The translations under genes were made by a program, and so were the position numbers. The notes beneath the pieces were generated by a model. That model saw only the letters and a list, made by a program, of their open reading frames with translations, was not told where the DNA came from and did not search any database. Of a DNA stretch of 38,458 nt, positions 1 to 13,224 are shown in pieces. Each line of letters opens with the position of its first letter. Position 1 is the stretch's first letter. Source of the DNA: Tubiluchus corallicola (lineage: Eukaryota; Animalia; Priapulida); assembly GCA_030141605.1 (NCBI GenBank), contig JAQGDQ010001488.1, forward strand, positions 1 to 38,458. The letters run 5' to 3'.

Positions 1-757
<757 letters not shown>

Positions 758-1672
758 CGATACCATGTGCATCAGGTTGGTTTGCAAAATCACTATAAAT
801 ACGAACTGTATTAGAGATGTCACTTTCTGCATGTTCATCATCCACCGTAGGGCGGAGAAATGGATAACGAGAAAGAGCATCAACGGCTGATTGAGCCTTA
901 TCTTGTAACCAAGAAGCCACATAATTATAAGGCATGAACTTTGATTTGAGCCTTTGCAATCTTGGCTTCTCTATCTCTATCTATTCCTTTACTGTCAGTG
1001 ATAGGAGGATATTATAAGAAAGCGCGAAGGAACGAAATTGGTTATACAAGCAAGACAGCGGCAGAAATATGAAAAACAGCAGAATCCCGAGTACAACAAG
1101 CAAACTGCCAACATTTAATAACAAGAGAGCATTCTATGTTGAAGTAGAGAATAAAGCAGATTGGCGTAGCGAATCTGGTGGCATCAGACGTTCAGTGTGG
1201 AAGGGTTTTCACGGTCCTCCAATCTCAGACTGGGAAGTTTAGCAACACTATTTTGCTTACTGTCAAGTGGGTTAAAAGAAGATCGGATGATTTTTCATAT
1301 ACTACTCCATTTTCAAGTACGGTAAAAAGTATATATTTTAACTCAATTACTACTGCAAGAGCGTTTCTGTAAATTAAATAACAGATTAAAATCTTAATTA
1401 ACGGCGAGCCCAACTATTGATGACATCACAAATTAACATAATTTTCAACAGCAAAAATATTCAATGAGCGTGTTGCACGTGTTTGCGAAAGCGAAAATTG
1501 AAGTACAGAGCTACTGTAAGATATTCAGGGTGTTGTACTAAAACTAGACAAGTTTTAAGATAGAAATTCAAATTTCACATCTACCGCTGTGCTCGCGCAT
1601 GAATTGTCGAACTTCATCACAAACTAACACTTCTGAACTGACAGCATCTGTTTTTGTGCAATGCATTCCCGA

Positions 1673-1781
1673 AATGTAGGCCCTAGTGCACGTCTAACCA
1701 GCAAATGCGAAATGCATGTAACAGCGAAGAACTAGTGGCGCAAACGTGAAATTCCGTTTGTGTGGTAATAATTCTTTCACG
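1673..1781 (+). mobile_element. Fragment of a dispersed repeat, shared with 21971-22080
   Basis: aatgtaggccctagt...gcatgtaacagcgaagaactagtggcgc...ggtaataattctttcacg occurs here and, same orientation, in AAGAB intron 2. Confidence 0.75.
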
Positions 1782-1914
1782 TAAGTCATTTTTGAAAAAA
1801 TAGTATGTTTCCTTTCAATATTTTAAAGAGTACAGATAGACAAAGAGACCTGCTTAAGATAGGGTCCAATTTTGCTGGTAACAAGCTAACGTATCATGCC
1901 AAGCTGCTGTTACT

Positions 1915-2050
1915 ATTCAATTCAATTCAATTTATTTGTTAACTCCGTAAGAATGATCAAAATACAGTATTAGGAATACATGCAATATTACGTAACAAAG
2001 GAGAAGGGCAGCGAAGAACCCGTAGGTTATCTAGTCAGCCGCCCTTAAAT
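1915..2050 (-). mobile_element. 3' end of a non-LTR retrotransposon (CR1/L2-like)
   Basis: On the minus strand: a stem-loop (2006-2044), then AATAAA and a (TTGAA)n tail. Confidence 0.55.
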
Positions 2051-2302
2051 AGCTACGATTAAATAAAATTAATTTTGGCACCGTTCTCAATTTAAATCTG
2101 AATTCTGTTGACGTGCGTAATTGGCAATTAAATGATGAGAAACGCAATACTGTAGAACACTTTAATTTAAAAAACCAAAATTTTACAATTCTAAAATGCT
2201 GTGAATTTGCGAAACAAACAAAACAAAAATAACTTAAGTTTTTTACATAACAGAAAATGGATAATGTGAGCATTAACTAAAAAATTCGGCAAAAAAAACA
2301 AA

Positions 2303-2472
2303 AATCAATCAATCAATTTATTTCACTCCAACGATACATATACAATACATCAACATACAATATTATTGAAAAAAAAGAAACAGTATAGGTAAAAAAAACG
2401 TTGATGAAGTCAAATTAACCAAATAAAAGAGTTGCTGTATGACACCTTGAAAGCTTGGCTTGTTAGGGTGGC
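2303..2472 (-). mobile_element. 3' end of a second non-LTR retrotransposon
   Basis: Minus strand: a stem-loop (2441-2472), then AATAAA and a (TTGA)n tail at ~2303-2321. Confidence 0.5.
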
Positions 2473-2477
2473 AGAAA

Positions 2478-2740
2478 TGAGTGAATGAAAGAATGGTTAG
2501 GGTCAGAAGAAATGATGGAATGGAAAAAATAGTAAGATTGGGGATGGGAAGAAGGAAGGGAGGGAAGGATGAGTGAATGAAAGAATGGTTAGGGTCAGAA
2601 GAAATGATGGATTGGAAAAATAATAAGATTAGGGATAGGAAGAAGGAAGGGAGGGGAGGATGAGTGAATGAAAGAATGGTTAGGGTCAGAAGAAATGATG
2701 GATTGGAAAAATAGTAAGATTAGGGATAGGAAGAAGGAAA
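2478..2740. repeat. Purine-rich minisatellite, ~91-bp unit, ~3 copies
   Basis: atgagtgaatgaaagaatggttagggtcagaagaaatgatgg... starts near 2478, 2569 and 2660. Confidence 0.92.
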
Positions 2741-2892
2741 AGAGGAGAAGAAACGACCACAGTGTATGTTTAATTTACATAGATGTATATTAAAATAGCA
2801 TTATAATTGATTGGAGGCCATATATTGCGACTCCATGAGACATGGAACCATTAAAATTGTATTACAAGTATGAATCAAAAATGGTCCTTTTT

Positions 2893-3028
2893 GATACTTT
2901 ACTTACTTAACTTACTTACTTAGTTAAGTTTAAGTAAGGTTGCCTACTCATCCTACAGAAACAGTGATACTTTACTTACTTAACTTACTTACTTAGTTAA
3001 CTTTAAGTAAGTTTGCCTACTCATCCTG
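2893..3028. repeat. Local direct duplication (~65-70 bp) with internal (TTAC)n
   Basis: gatactttacttactaacttacttacttagttaa...ttgcctactcatcct occurs twice. Confidence 0.85.
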
Positions 3029-3420
3029 TAGTTACAGTAATACGAGCAGTCAGCGTTTTGTTACAAACACCCATTGATTTAGACATGTGATTTTTCAACA
3101 GTAAAACTAGGTAATTTCTGTCATGTCTTTGTGCATTTTCAATTAACCTAAAAACCTTCATTAGAGTGGAAAACAACTTTCTCAAGACAATGCTCTGGTT
3201 TCCCAATAATGCCGCCTACACAGTAACATAATTACTTTTCTGTCATTTTAGAAGTAGCCAAACAAGAATACGCCAACGGAAATACTTAATCACAACTAAA
3301 AGACGTGTGATTAAGTGACAGATAGTGTAAAAAGTAAAAAGCTAATTTTAGCTATATAAATATTATGTACATAGTAAGGTGAATGAACAAACGAACGCAC
3401 AAACAAACGAACTAATAACT

Positions 3421-3578
3421 TTGATAATGATAACGATACTGATTGTGATAATGATATCGATGATGATGACGATGACGATGATGATGACGAAGACGATGAT
3501 GATCATGATCATGATCATTATCATCACCATAATAATAATAATAATAATAATAATAATATTAATAATAATAATAATAAT

Positions 3579-3660
<82 letters not shown>
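3421..3660. repeat. Compound trinucleotide microsatellite (GAT)n-(AAT)n-(AAC)n-(AAT)n
   Basis: Read directly from the sequence. Confidence 0.95.
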
Positions 3661-3661
<1 letters not shown>

Positions 3662-3895
3662 ATTAATCTTTATTGAAAGTCCGTTTTTAGACAAACAATT
3701 AACATACGTTCAAAGATAGACTGAAAATAAACATAACAATTCTACAGCTACAAAATACAGACTAGTATTGCCCCACGTTTTAGTCTAAACACCACGTTCC
3801 AGGCAGGGCAACAGAAGGCACCAGTTAAAAAGGTACCAGTTGGAAGGAAGCGGCAGCAGTATCGAACTCAGGACCTCGCAGATGGTTACCACTAG
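3661..3895 (-). mobile_element. Possible tRNA-derived SINE whose tail runs into (ATT)n
   Basis: Minus strand has a B-box-like aggtcctgaGTTCGATAC (~3859-3876), then AATAAA at ~3669-3674 directly followed by the (TAT)n tract. Confidence 0.4.
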
Positions 3896-3949
3896 ACTTG
3901 TTGTTGTTGTTGTTGTTGTTTTTTTGCTGTTGTTGTTGTTGTGTCGTGT

Positions 3950-5007
3950 TATTTAAATAAAAATAAAAGAATCCCTAGTAATTTTATAGTAAAAATCGAT
4001 GAAGTTCCAATAAATCAAGTAAAATATACTAAGTTCTTAGGCATCATCATTGATGAACACTTAACTTGGCAAGAACATCTTAGATTTATCAAAAGCAAAA
4101 TCTCAAAAATCATAGGCATTATATATAGAGTTAGACACAAATTGCCTAGCTCAGTACTTGTATTATTATATAATTCTCTTTTTTTACCATATCTAAATAA
4201 TTCGAACATTATTTGGGGAAGCACATACTCCAGTCGATTGAAAAAAATTCATCTGATTCAGAAGAAAATAGTGCGAGCTATAACATTTGCCGGTTATCAG
4301 GACCATACACAGCCAATATTTAAAAGACTAAACTTTCTAAACATTTACGACATTAATAAGTTCCAAACTGCCATTTTCATGTACAAATTCTCTCATAAAT
4401 TATTGCCTCCCTTATTTACTGATTATTTTTGTTTGAATGCTGAGATACATAATTACGGCACACGTTATAGGCTGCACTATCACTACATACAGTGCAACAC
4501 AAATGTTAGAAAATTTTCTATTAAATACAATGGCCCTTACATATGGAATTCAATTGCTCCAGCTATTAAAAATGTCAACTCGCTTTCCATATTTAAAAAA
4601 ATATATAAATTAAACTTACTTGAAACATATAACTGATCACTCAATCATGATTTGTTGTTTTCTTTTTCAAAAACTGTATAGTAAAATAAAATTTTTAATA
4701 CTTCCCACCCGTATTTATATTTATATTTGTATATATTGTAATGTTGTATCTATGTTGTATATGTAATGTTGTATATTGTAATGTTGTATATTGTAATGTT
4801 GTATATTGTAATGTTGTAATGTTGTATATATTGCAATTTTTTTCGGAATTCTAGTGGCCTACCATAAGCTAGCTTCCTAGGTCTCTAGCGCAGTATACAT
4901 GAATTTTATCATATTTTTGTATTAACAAAACCTGATGCACATGTAATGTAATGTGATGTATATGTATATGTTTAATGCGAAATAAATCTATTAAAATCTA
5001 AAAATCT
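3950..5007 (+). mobile_element. 5'-truncated LINE (CR1/L2/Crack-like): C-terminal RT/thumb region of ORF2 plus 3' UTR
   Basis: ORF 3941..4636 has KFLGIIIDEHLTWQEH, LYNSLFLPYLNNSNIIWG, IQKKIVRAI, HNYGTR and YNGPYIWNSI, all typical of the ORF2 C-terminus of these clades. The 3' UTR has a stem-loop (4851-4888), AATAAA at 4981 and an (AAAATCT)-type tail. Confidence 0.9.
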
Positions 5008-5009
5008 TA

Positions 5010-5047
5010 TTGCTGTTGCTGTTGTGTTGTTATTGTTGTTATTGCAG

Positions 5048-5082
<35 letters not shown>

Positions 5083-5376
5083 GCTGCTGTTGTGTTGTGT
5101 TGTTGTTTTTATTGCTGCTGTTGTTGTTGTTGTTGTTGTTGTTGCTGTTGTGTTGTGTTGTTGTTATTATTGCAGTTGTTGCTGCTGTTGTGTTGTGTTG
5201 TTGTTTTTATTGCTGTTGTTGTTGTTGTTGTTGCTGCTGTTGTGTTGTGTTGTTGCGTTTATTGCTGCTGCTGTTGTTGTTGTTGTGTTGCTGTTGTGTT
5301 GTTGTTGTTGTAGTTGTTGTAGTAGTAGTAGTAGTTGTTGTTGTTGTTGTTGCCGCTGTTGTTTGTTTGTTTGTTT
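5010..5376. repeat. Compound (GTT/GCT)n microsatellite with higher-order repeats
   Basis: Read directly; explains the poly-C/L/V ORFs. Confidence 0.95.
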
Positions 5377-5593
5377 AAATAGACAAGTGTTTTATCACAT
5401 TCTAGCTATACTGTATATTCTAGCTAGAGTTTATTTTAGTGATATATTATTTACATGAAACTGTGCAGTGAAACTGAGCCAGCAACCATTGTGTAAGAAG
5501 TGCAACAAACAAGAGCCCAGGGGCCTAGCACTGTGAAGTGACCGTGCCTAATTACGCGAATCGCAGGGCAGTCCGTTCTCACAAAGTAGGTCC

Positions 5594-5601
5594 TATATAA
5601 G
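5594..5601 (+). promoter_or_regulatory. TATA box of the secreted pentraxin-like gene
   Basis: cTATATAAg lies ~100 bp upstream of the ATG at 5693, with Inr-like ttagtcaagt ~25-30 bp downstream. Confidence 0.6.
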
Positions 5602-5692
5602 ATGATATCACTGGTTTAGTCAAGTATTTGGGTTTGGAAACAATTTTAAGAAGTGACCACTCTGTGAAAGACACGTCCGTGCTCATTACAAA

Positions 5693-5722
5693 ATGTACTC
5701 TTGGTGCTTCTTAATTATTTTG
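5693..5722 (+). CDS. Secreted pentraxin/LamG-like protein, exon 1 of 7 (MYSWCFLIIL, start of signal peptide)
   Basis: acaaaATG context; GTGAGT donor at 5723; phase 0 joins exon 2 to give MYSWCFLIILIASIPGSWQAK. Confidence 0.75.
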
Positions 5723-5802
5723 GTGAGTGAAAATTTAACTTAATTAAAATGGTTTTCCTTTGCCAAGTTATTTACTTGTTTGAGTACAGTTAAATACTCC
5801 TT

Positions 5803-5866
5803 CATTATTGTTGTTGTTGCTGCTGTTGTGTTGTTGTTGTTGTTGTTGTTGTTGTTGCTGCTGTTG

Positions 5867-5928
<62 letters not shown>
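5803..5928. repeat. (GTT)n microsatellite
   Basis: Read directly. Confidence 0.95.
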
Positions 5929-5929
<1 letters not shown>

Positions 5930-6010
5930 GCCCTTCGCTGCCCTTTCTTCACATTTTTGTTTTCAAATTAATTGTATTGTAACTGTGCGTGTGTTGCAAG
6001 ATAAATAAAG

Positions 6011-6106
<96 letters not shown>

Positions 6107-6118
6107 ATTAATATTATT

Positions 6119-6189
<71 letters not shown>

Positions 6190-6227
6190 TATTATTATTA
6201 TTATTATCATTATTATTATTATTATTA
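6011..6227. repeat. (ATT)n-(ATC)n-(ATT)n microsatellite
   Basis: Read directly. Confidence 0.95.
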
Positions 6228-6959
6228 ACGTTGACAATAAGCGTTTGCAATATTTGTCTGTAATGATGCAGAGATTTCAACACTGAAGCTGCGATAGTTG
6301 CAATTTTATAAGGAGTATATTGGTCAAAATAATAGTAATAGTAAAATATAAAGGGAAATTTTAATGATTTTTATTCTAAGTTACAAATTTTGGCAGCACA
6401 AAAGTGTGAGGAGGAAATAAAAAAGTGTTTATCGTTAAAAGTACTGAAAATTTAACGATTGGATGGTCAGACTAGTTCATTGCCTGGTCAGTTGGTAATA
6501 AGTTTTTTACTGAGTTAATGTGTTATTTGTTCCTTGCCTGGCAGTGCAACTGATTAGTCGACAATTTGACTGACTGAGTGACTGACTGACTAGTTTTTAT
6601 ACTTGTTAAGGAAACATATAACAAACTTTCTTGGGATAACCATTTTAATAAAATTTACGATAAAATGGCATGCGGAACGTCCTATTTACGGCAGGTAAAG
6701 GTCAACTAACTAAACAAAGTTATTAATTTTTAAAACTCTCATTCTACCGCACTTTTTATACGGATGCACACTTTTTCATGAAGTTTCAAGAGACAGCTAT
6801 TACAAACTAAATAGTCTTCAAAATTATGCATTAAGATTAGTCGCTGGCTATTCAAATAAAACGTCCCACATAACAAATCAAACCTCTGCAACAGAATTAA
6901 GAACAATGTTAAAAATCCCAATTTTACAAGCACATAAAGACTTCTACACGCCCTTCATC

Positions 6960-7330
6960 CCCCAATATTAACACGCCCTTCATCAAAAATAAGCTTCCAC
7001 TCATCTTGGAGGCAACATTAAATCCAAGAACACACAATATTAAACAAATACGCACTAATAACAAATACGGCAACAATTCTATCACTAAACAAGGAGTTCA
7101 ACTTTGGAATACCCTGCCATCAAATTTAAAACAAATCAAGTCTTTCGACGAATTCAAATCAAAATTAAAAATGCATACATTAAATCGTTTCGAAAACCCT
7201 ACATACGTAAACGATAATATATATTCATCCGCAAATTTTACTTACCCACGTCCATTTTAAATTGTATGTATATATTGTATATAGTCTATTATAATTTTCG
7301 TGTAGCATTATAATGTAAATTTTGTTTTAA
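6960..7330 (+). mobile_element. Short 3' remnant of a LINE ORF2
   Basis: RTNNKYGNNSITKQGVQLWNTLPSNLKQIKSFDEFKSKLK is the same terminal motif (G..LWN.LP..LK...S...FK..LK) as in the 3941 element. Confidence 0.7.
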
Positions 7331-8899
7331 ATTTTTGTTTTATTAAGAAAATTAACGTTTCCACAGCGCACTAGCAGTTATTTAAGTCTAAACCTTAATG
7401 ATGGGTTTCATTTTCTTTGTAGATGTCTTTTGTTAACATGTTTTTGTTCGTAGTCTTATGTTTTTCTTCATGATTATTATTTCCATAGATGCTCGCAGTT
7501 TTGTCACAAATGTTTTGTTCTGTTTCAGGTTTTCTTATTACCTGAAAATGGCTGTCGTGCAGCGCGAACGTTGACTTTCAAACGTTGAAAATGCCATAAA
7601 ATTTGTCATATTGTGGGTTATTTGTCAAATGGATGTTCTTCTTGTTGCTAAGCATTTCAAAACTGTACTCTTAATGAAAGTGGAACGAATTCCTTTGTTT
7701 TCTTTGCATCTATTCTACCTTCTTTTAACTCTGTCGACCCCTCTCCACAGTGTGACGCACGTGGCGGTAGCTTTTTACGCTTCTGCAGACAGAAAACCAC
7801 AATCTGTTCAATAGAAGGGCCCAATGATAATGTTATAATAAATAACTTGCTATGGTAGGACCGGAACTTCACTGATTATCAATAACAATCCTGAAAGGTG
7901 AGACACTGAACCATACGGGTGTGTTTAAGTAACGCCCAGCGCCGGTTAGAATCTGGTTGTCACCTGTCTATTTATTACTACACAGGTCTATTGTTACATA
8001 ACTTCGAAGGGGTTTAAAGATTGTCTACTCAATTATTCTGCTTACCCGAAAAGGCATCTGCAGATACATCCAGAGATTATTTCAAAGTTCTTCTCCTGCT
8101 TGTCGCGTGCTCGACTAAAACTCATATGTTAATTTATGTTAATCTATGTTAATATGTGTTAATTTATTTGATTATTATCATAAGAACGATTATAGAACTG
8201 CGCTGTACAGCGTCAAACTAAGGAATCTGTTAGATAGCAACTTTGGACCAAAGTACGAACATGGCGCATACCACTAATGCAGTAATAACAATGCGTTCTA
8301 AGAGGAGAAGTAGTTTAGATTTTTCTTTCATTTGCCGGTAACTGATTTCCTGCTCCTCCTGCGACCAATGCTGTCATAGTTGCCGTAACCGCCGACGTAA
8401 CGGTAACGTGTGACAGTTCCATTCCAATTCGTTCACACAATTCCACACCATCTGTTCCATTAATTATCATTCCACTCCGTCCCATTTCGCGACTACTCAA
8501 TCTGTTTTTCTTTGTGTTTGTGCATCGTTAGTAATCACTTGCATGCCTGATGACTTAAACGCTCCGCTGTACCATTGACCAGAAGAATTACATTCTAATC
8601 GCCACTGGTCACTGGACACTAATTAACTTAATCTTTTCACCTGGAGGCTGTAGGGCAGGTATCGTTCGCGTTAGTGAAAGGCACGAAAGTCCAGAAAGAT
8701 CAGGCATACGACTAATGCTGTCACGTGATCTTGTAATCACTACACATGAACAAAGAAATAAACTTTTTATTTCAATACGCATCTTTCCAGGGTGAATTAA
8801 GCACAGGAAGGATGAATTAGGCGTCCTTTACATAAATATCAAACTATACATATTTTCCTAGGAGAACATTTTGGACATGTCGTTTCTTTTTCGTTTCAG

Positions 8900-8999
8900 A
8901 TCGCTTCCATTCCTGGAAGCTGGCAAGCGAAGTCTGGATATGGATCCAAATCCTCATCCAAGTCGTCGTCAAAATCGTCATATGGATCAAGTTCTCCGC
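8900..8999 (+). CDS. Secreted pentraxin/LamG-like protein, exon 2 (IASIPGSWQAKSGYGSKSSSKSSSKSSYGSSSP)
   Basis: Polypyrimidine tttcAG acceptor, GTAAGC donor, phase 0 to 1. Confidence 0.8.
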
Positions 9000-9602
9000 G
9001 TAAGCACAATATTGTTATAATTTATTAACACACCGCATGTTGCGCCACCCGTCGTGTGTGGAGTTAAACTAAAAAATTTTCCCTCAGCAGTGCGCCTGTC
9101 AAAAATTGTTTCAACAATATTACGAGTGTTTGACAAAAAAGTCAACAATACAGCTACTCTGGTTATTGGCAAGCAAGTTAGTCAATTTTATGAGCCGTCC
9201 ACACCGTCATGAAAGACACTGTCACTCTCGAATTTGTCAGTGTTGAAGGATCGTGTGGACGCCCAGAGTGATAATGAAAATGAATGTCATTCATTCTGCC
9301 TGCTGGCCAATAATAATGTGTCCTGGTGACTCAGCTGTCACAAAAACAATGAATTATTAACAATAAGCAACCAACTGCATAAATTAAATTTTGTAAGCAC
9401 GTGAATAGCCTTCTGATACGACTCACGAAAAAACGGTAAAAAATGAGCAGGCATCGTTCCACGTTCAACAATTTTATGTGCGCAAGCGAAATCTTCGATT
9501 TTTTCCATTCAAATCGCGATTTAATTTCTTCTTATTTTTAATTTTGTTTTATTTTCCTTAAACAAATAAGTTACAGCAAATATAAATGATGTCTCTTTGC
9601 AG

Positions 9603-9756
9603 CAACAACTCCGTGTAAAATTCTTAGTCCTGATACGTCTGATCTGATTTCATTCCGCGATCCAGCGGATGCCTCGGGACTTGACGATGCAGACCACGCC
9701 ATTCTGTTTAAGGACTTCGTAAAACAAGGAGTCTATGATGAGTACACCATTTGCTT
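9603..9756 (+). CDS. Secreted pentraxin/LamG-like protein, exon 3 (PTTPCKILSP...VYDEYTIC)
   Basis: tttgcAG acceptor, GTAAGA donor, open frame, phase 1 to 2. Confidence 0.82.
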
Positions 9757-9977
9757 GTAAGATTGTTTGACTATCATAAATGTTAATTTACGTAAACCAT
9801 TTGTTGGCTTATATATGAATTATCATTTTAATTACAGTTTAGCTTATATTCCTAATGAAAAGGTCTGTGATAGATTAAACCATAAAAATGATAGTATATA
9901 TGAGTGAGGTTCATGTCCGAATGTAATTAAGTCAAAGATTTACACGATTCAGTGCTGTAACTCGTAGATTTCATTAA

Positions 9978-10512
9978 AGGAAGACCGGATGATTGTTTAG
10001 ACTCAATCTCATTTTAATTTACTGTCCAAAATATACATTTCGTTGCCTATAAAAGTTAACAATTGTTCCTTATATTTGATAACTAGCTTAGAAAGTTAAT
10101 TAACGGCAACCGAACACAGCTATTGCTTACGTCAGAAACTAACCAAAGTTTCTGCAATGGCAGGCATCTTCCCTTCCGGGTTAAGCACTTGCGAGAGTGT
10201 TACTGCTTAAACGCGTGATGTCATTAAAAATGGGCTCTACGCCATATCATCAGAAACTAACACTGCAGTCCATGATCATGCTTATCACGGTACCGCCTTC
10301 TATTTGTCGGCCACGCGAATGTGACAAAAAGGCGCCGCTGCCAATCTTAGTACATTCACTGAGTCGCACGTAGCTCTGAAAGTTTAACGAAATTTGAATA
10401 TCCGAGGTAATTATTATTCAATCTAAGCCTTGATTTAAAATAAGCTATTGTAGTTTTCAATATTTTAGAACTTTATTCTGAACTAATGTCGACACAATGA
10501 TCCGGTTTTCCT
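9978..10512. mobile_element. Kolobok-like MITE with TTAA target site duplication
   Basis: TTAA|AGGAAGACCGGATGATTGT ... ACAATGATCCGGTTTTCCT|TTAA: imperfect TIRs and TTAA on both sides. The right half recurs at ~24237-24508. Confidence 0.8.
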
Positions 10513-10713
10513 TTAATATTTTCCCACACTTTTCCATTATGTTGACAACCCATTATCAGTATTAGCAGTCTCATGCAAACACCTCAAAAGATGTTGCTGT
10601 AACTTGTAGCGATGGCAACCATGAACCGGTCGACAATGATAGTGAGAAGGATGACGACAAAAAAAAACAATGAAAAAGCCAACGACAACATTTAATAAGA
10701 ATTACTTTTTCAG

Positions 10714-10854
10714 TTGGTTCAAAGGAGAAGTACGAGCTTTTAGACTTCACAGTGACAACAATGATGGCACCCCTGAAACAGCTGTTGAACTGCAGGTCAC
10801 AGTGCAATCTGACGGGACAATAGAAGTGGCAGGATTTGGAGACACCGGCACCAA
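10714..10854 (+). CDS. Secreted pentraxin/LamG-like protein, exon 4 (FWFKGEVRAF...GFGDTGT)
   Basis: ttttcAG acceptor, GTAACA donor, phase 2 to 2; the splice creates YTICFWFK. Confidence 0.85.
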
Positions 10855-11323
10855 GTAACAAAGTTTCACATAAATCAATTATTCAGTTTTTTTACTGTAT
10901 TCTCTTGCTTTGTACACCATCACATGTTTCTAAAACAGACCACTTTTTGAGAGTTTTTCACTCAGCTGATGGATGGGTAATAGGAATCTACCTCTCATTA
11001 CCAGGTGTTTTACTTACCATGTGCGGATGTACGTATATCATCTCTCAACAAGAAAAATAACCAAAGCAGAATCAATTGTTCTGCAGTCTTCCATCCGTGT
11101 GCTTCCGAGAGTTAATATTGCTTGGTCGCTAAACACTGAGTACTTCTTGTCTATTAGCATGTAATCATGGTAACACATAATATAAACATAAGCATCCATC
11201 ATTGGTCGTAGCATCAGCTGCAACTGGCCCATAATTCTTTATGAACTCGTCATTGTTTTCTCATATTTTGTCATTGTCTATTGTCTATATTATTCTATAT
11301 AAATGCTGTTTACATTACTACAG

Positions 11324-11453
11324 CGCAATGACTGTGTCGCCTCCACCAGGCATAGATGTTCAACTGGAATGGCTGCACACATGCATCAGAGTGGACACAA
11401 ATAGCGATGTAATGACCGTAGATTGGTATGGCGTCGACTCGGGAGATTTGGGA
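11324..11453 (+). CDS. Secreted pentraxin/LamG-like protein, exon 5 (AMTVSPPPGIDVQLEWLHTCIRVD...DLG)
   Basis: tacAG acceptor, GTAAGT donor, phase 2 to 0; contains W-x-H-x-C. Confidence 0.85.
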
Positions 11454-11556
11454 GTAAGTATTGTCATAATTAATTCACTTCTGGCCTGTAACATTATCAG
11501 AAGTTTCTTGAATGTCTAAACGGTTTAGATTTATAATTTTCTGTTCACCGCTGCAA

Positions 11557-11612
11557 ACGCACACACACACACGCACGCACGCACGCACACACACACACAC
11601 ACACACATATAT
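11557..11612. repeat. (CA)n/(CGCA)n microsatellite
   Basis: Read directly. Confidence 0.9.
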
Positions 11613-12192
11613 ATGCTATAGTTACACATATCGACTAAATGTTATAATAGTGTATCGACAATAATTTTATAATAGTGCCTTAATCAAAATAGATTAATAT
11701 TAGTTTGTTTTGTTAATAAGTTAATTGTTTATTGTTTTGTGTTAATAAGGATAAATTGTAATCATTGGCGTGGACAAATTGATACATTAGTTCTTCGTTA
11801 CCACATTTTCTTGTATTCGCTAAAACTGGAAAATCGTCATTGGTTTACTTAATTTTTGTTATACAACTTGATAATCTTGACATTAACCACAACAAACAGT
11901 TAATAAATTAGAGAGATATATTTATAGTTCATGAAAATGTGGTCGAATTCAACTTTTGGGTTGCAGATTTAACGCTCTACAAAAGAGATTGCATATAGAG
12001 AGAAAAATTAAAATTTAATCGTCTTTTGAACTTGAGGTTGGCATTTTCAAAGCAACAAATAGCAAATAAATTTACCTTATTCCAACAAAAAGTCTGTGAT
12101 CGATTACTGATCATGCAGAACGACTTAATGATTTTTTAAAATTTATAGCAAATTTATTTGCTGGAAACTGAATGTTCTGTTTTGTTTCGCAG

Positions 12193-12432
12193 ACAACAAT
12201 AGTCGATCCTTTAGGAGCACCATTCAATACTCCATTGAGACTTATGTACGACAGCAACCAAGAAGTCATTGGCACAAGTTTCTACCCCCTCACTCAGTTT
12301 GCCATGTTTAACAACTTCAACATTTATCACAAGTACTTGTCTGATTCGAGAATGAATCACGTGCTGAAAAGTTGTGCCAACTGTGGACCTGTTTACTGCT
12401 CGATGGAAGCTAGTGCACAATATGTGGGATCC
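12193..12432 (+). CDS. Secreted pentraxin/LamG-like protein, exon 6 (TTIVDP...FNNFNIYHKYLS...YVGS)
   Basis: ttcgcAG acceptor, GTGAGT donor, 240 nt, phase 0 to 0. Confidence 0.87.
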
Positions 12433-12473
12433 GTGAGTATCAGCTTTTTGTATTTTTGCAGTCAACGCTTAGC

Positions 12474-13224
12474 CAGTGTTGTTCCGATAGATCGGTTGCC
12501 GATTTTCGGAAAAAAGCGGTATCGGTTCGGTGTCGGTTTCAATGAAAATAGAAAAACCGGTATCGGTTCGGTGTCGGTTTCAATGAAAATGGAAAAACCG
12601 GTATCGGTTCGGTGTCAGTTTCAATGAAAATAGAAAAACCGGTATCAGTTCGGTGTCGGTTTCAATGAAAATGGAAAAACCGGTATTGGTTTCGAGGAAA
12701 ACAAAAAATCGGCATCGGATCGGCTTTTTCAGGTTCGGAACAACACTGACATCGTGTATACACATTTCAAGACAAACTGCGAAGGTCTCCCATTGCATAA
12801 TTACTTGATTATGTAAAGATATAAGAAGCTATTCAAGCTTCCAGCATTAGCAGCAAGAAAGTTTAGACACTAAGACAGGTAAACATCTACAGTTTTGAAA
12901 GATACTTCCAATTTTCCAACTGTAAACACAGGTGTTGTTAATAATAAATGATCAGTTAATCGGTATTGGTTCTGAAGAAATCGGTATCGGACTGGTATCA
13001 GTTTTCAAAAATGCGGAATCGGTATCGGTATCAGTTTCAAGGAAAATCAAAAATTGGTATCGGTTTCAAGGAAAATCAAAAATTGGTATCGGTTTCAAGG
13101 AAAATCAAGAATTGGTATCAGTTTCGAGGAAAATCAAAAATTGGTATCGGTACAGTATTGGTTTCGACAAAAATAAAAAATCAGTATCAATTCAAATGGG
13201 TTTTTCGGGTTCAGAACAACACTA
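12474..13224. mobile_element. Composite hAT-like MITE with internal tandem repeats
   Basis: Left TIR CAGTGTTGTTCCGA; matching right TIRs at 12735-12748 (TCGGAACAACACTG) and 13211-13224 (TCAGAACAACACTA). Internal ~42-bp and ~29-bp repeats are built on ggtatcggtttc. Confidence 0.75.

Noticed and set aside
2495-2690. Telomeric TTAGGG
   Set aside because: Isolated single hexamers within the 91-bp minisatellite unit.
5010-6283. Poly-C/L/V/Q/N/D/I/M ORFs
   Set aside because: Translations of trinucleotide microsatellites.
7611-7814. Alternative signal-peptide exon (MKVERIPLFSLHLFYLLL...)
   Set aside because: No good donor site; 5693-5722 has the TATA box, Kozak context, GTGAGT donor and correct phase.
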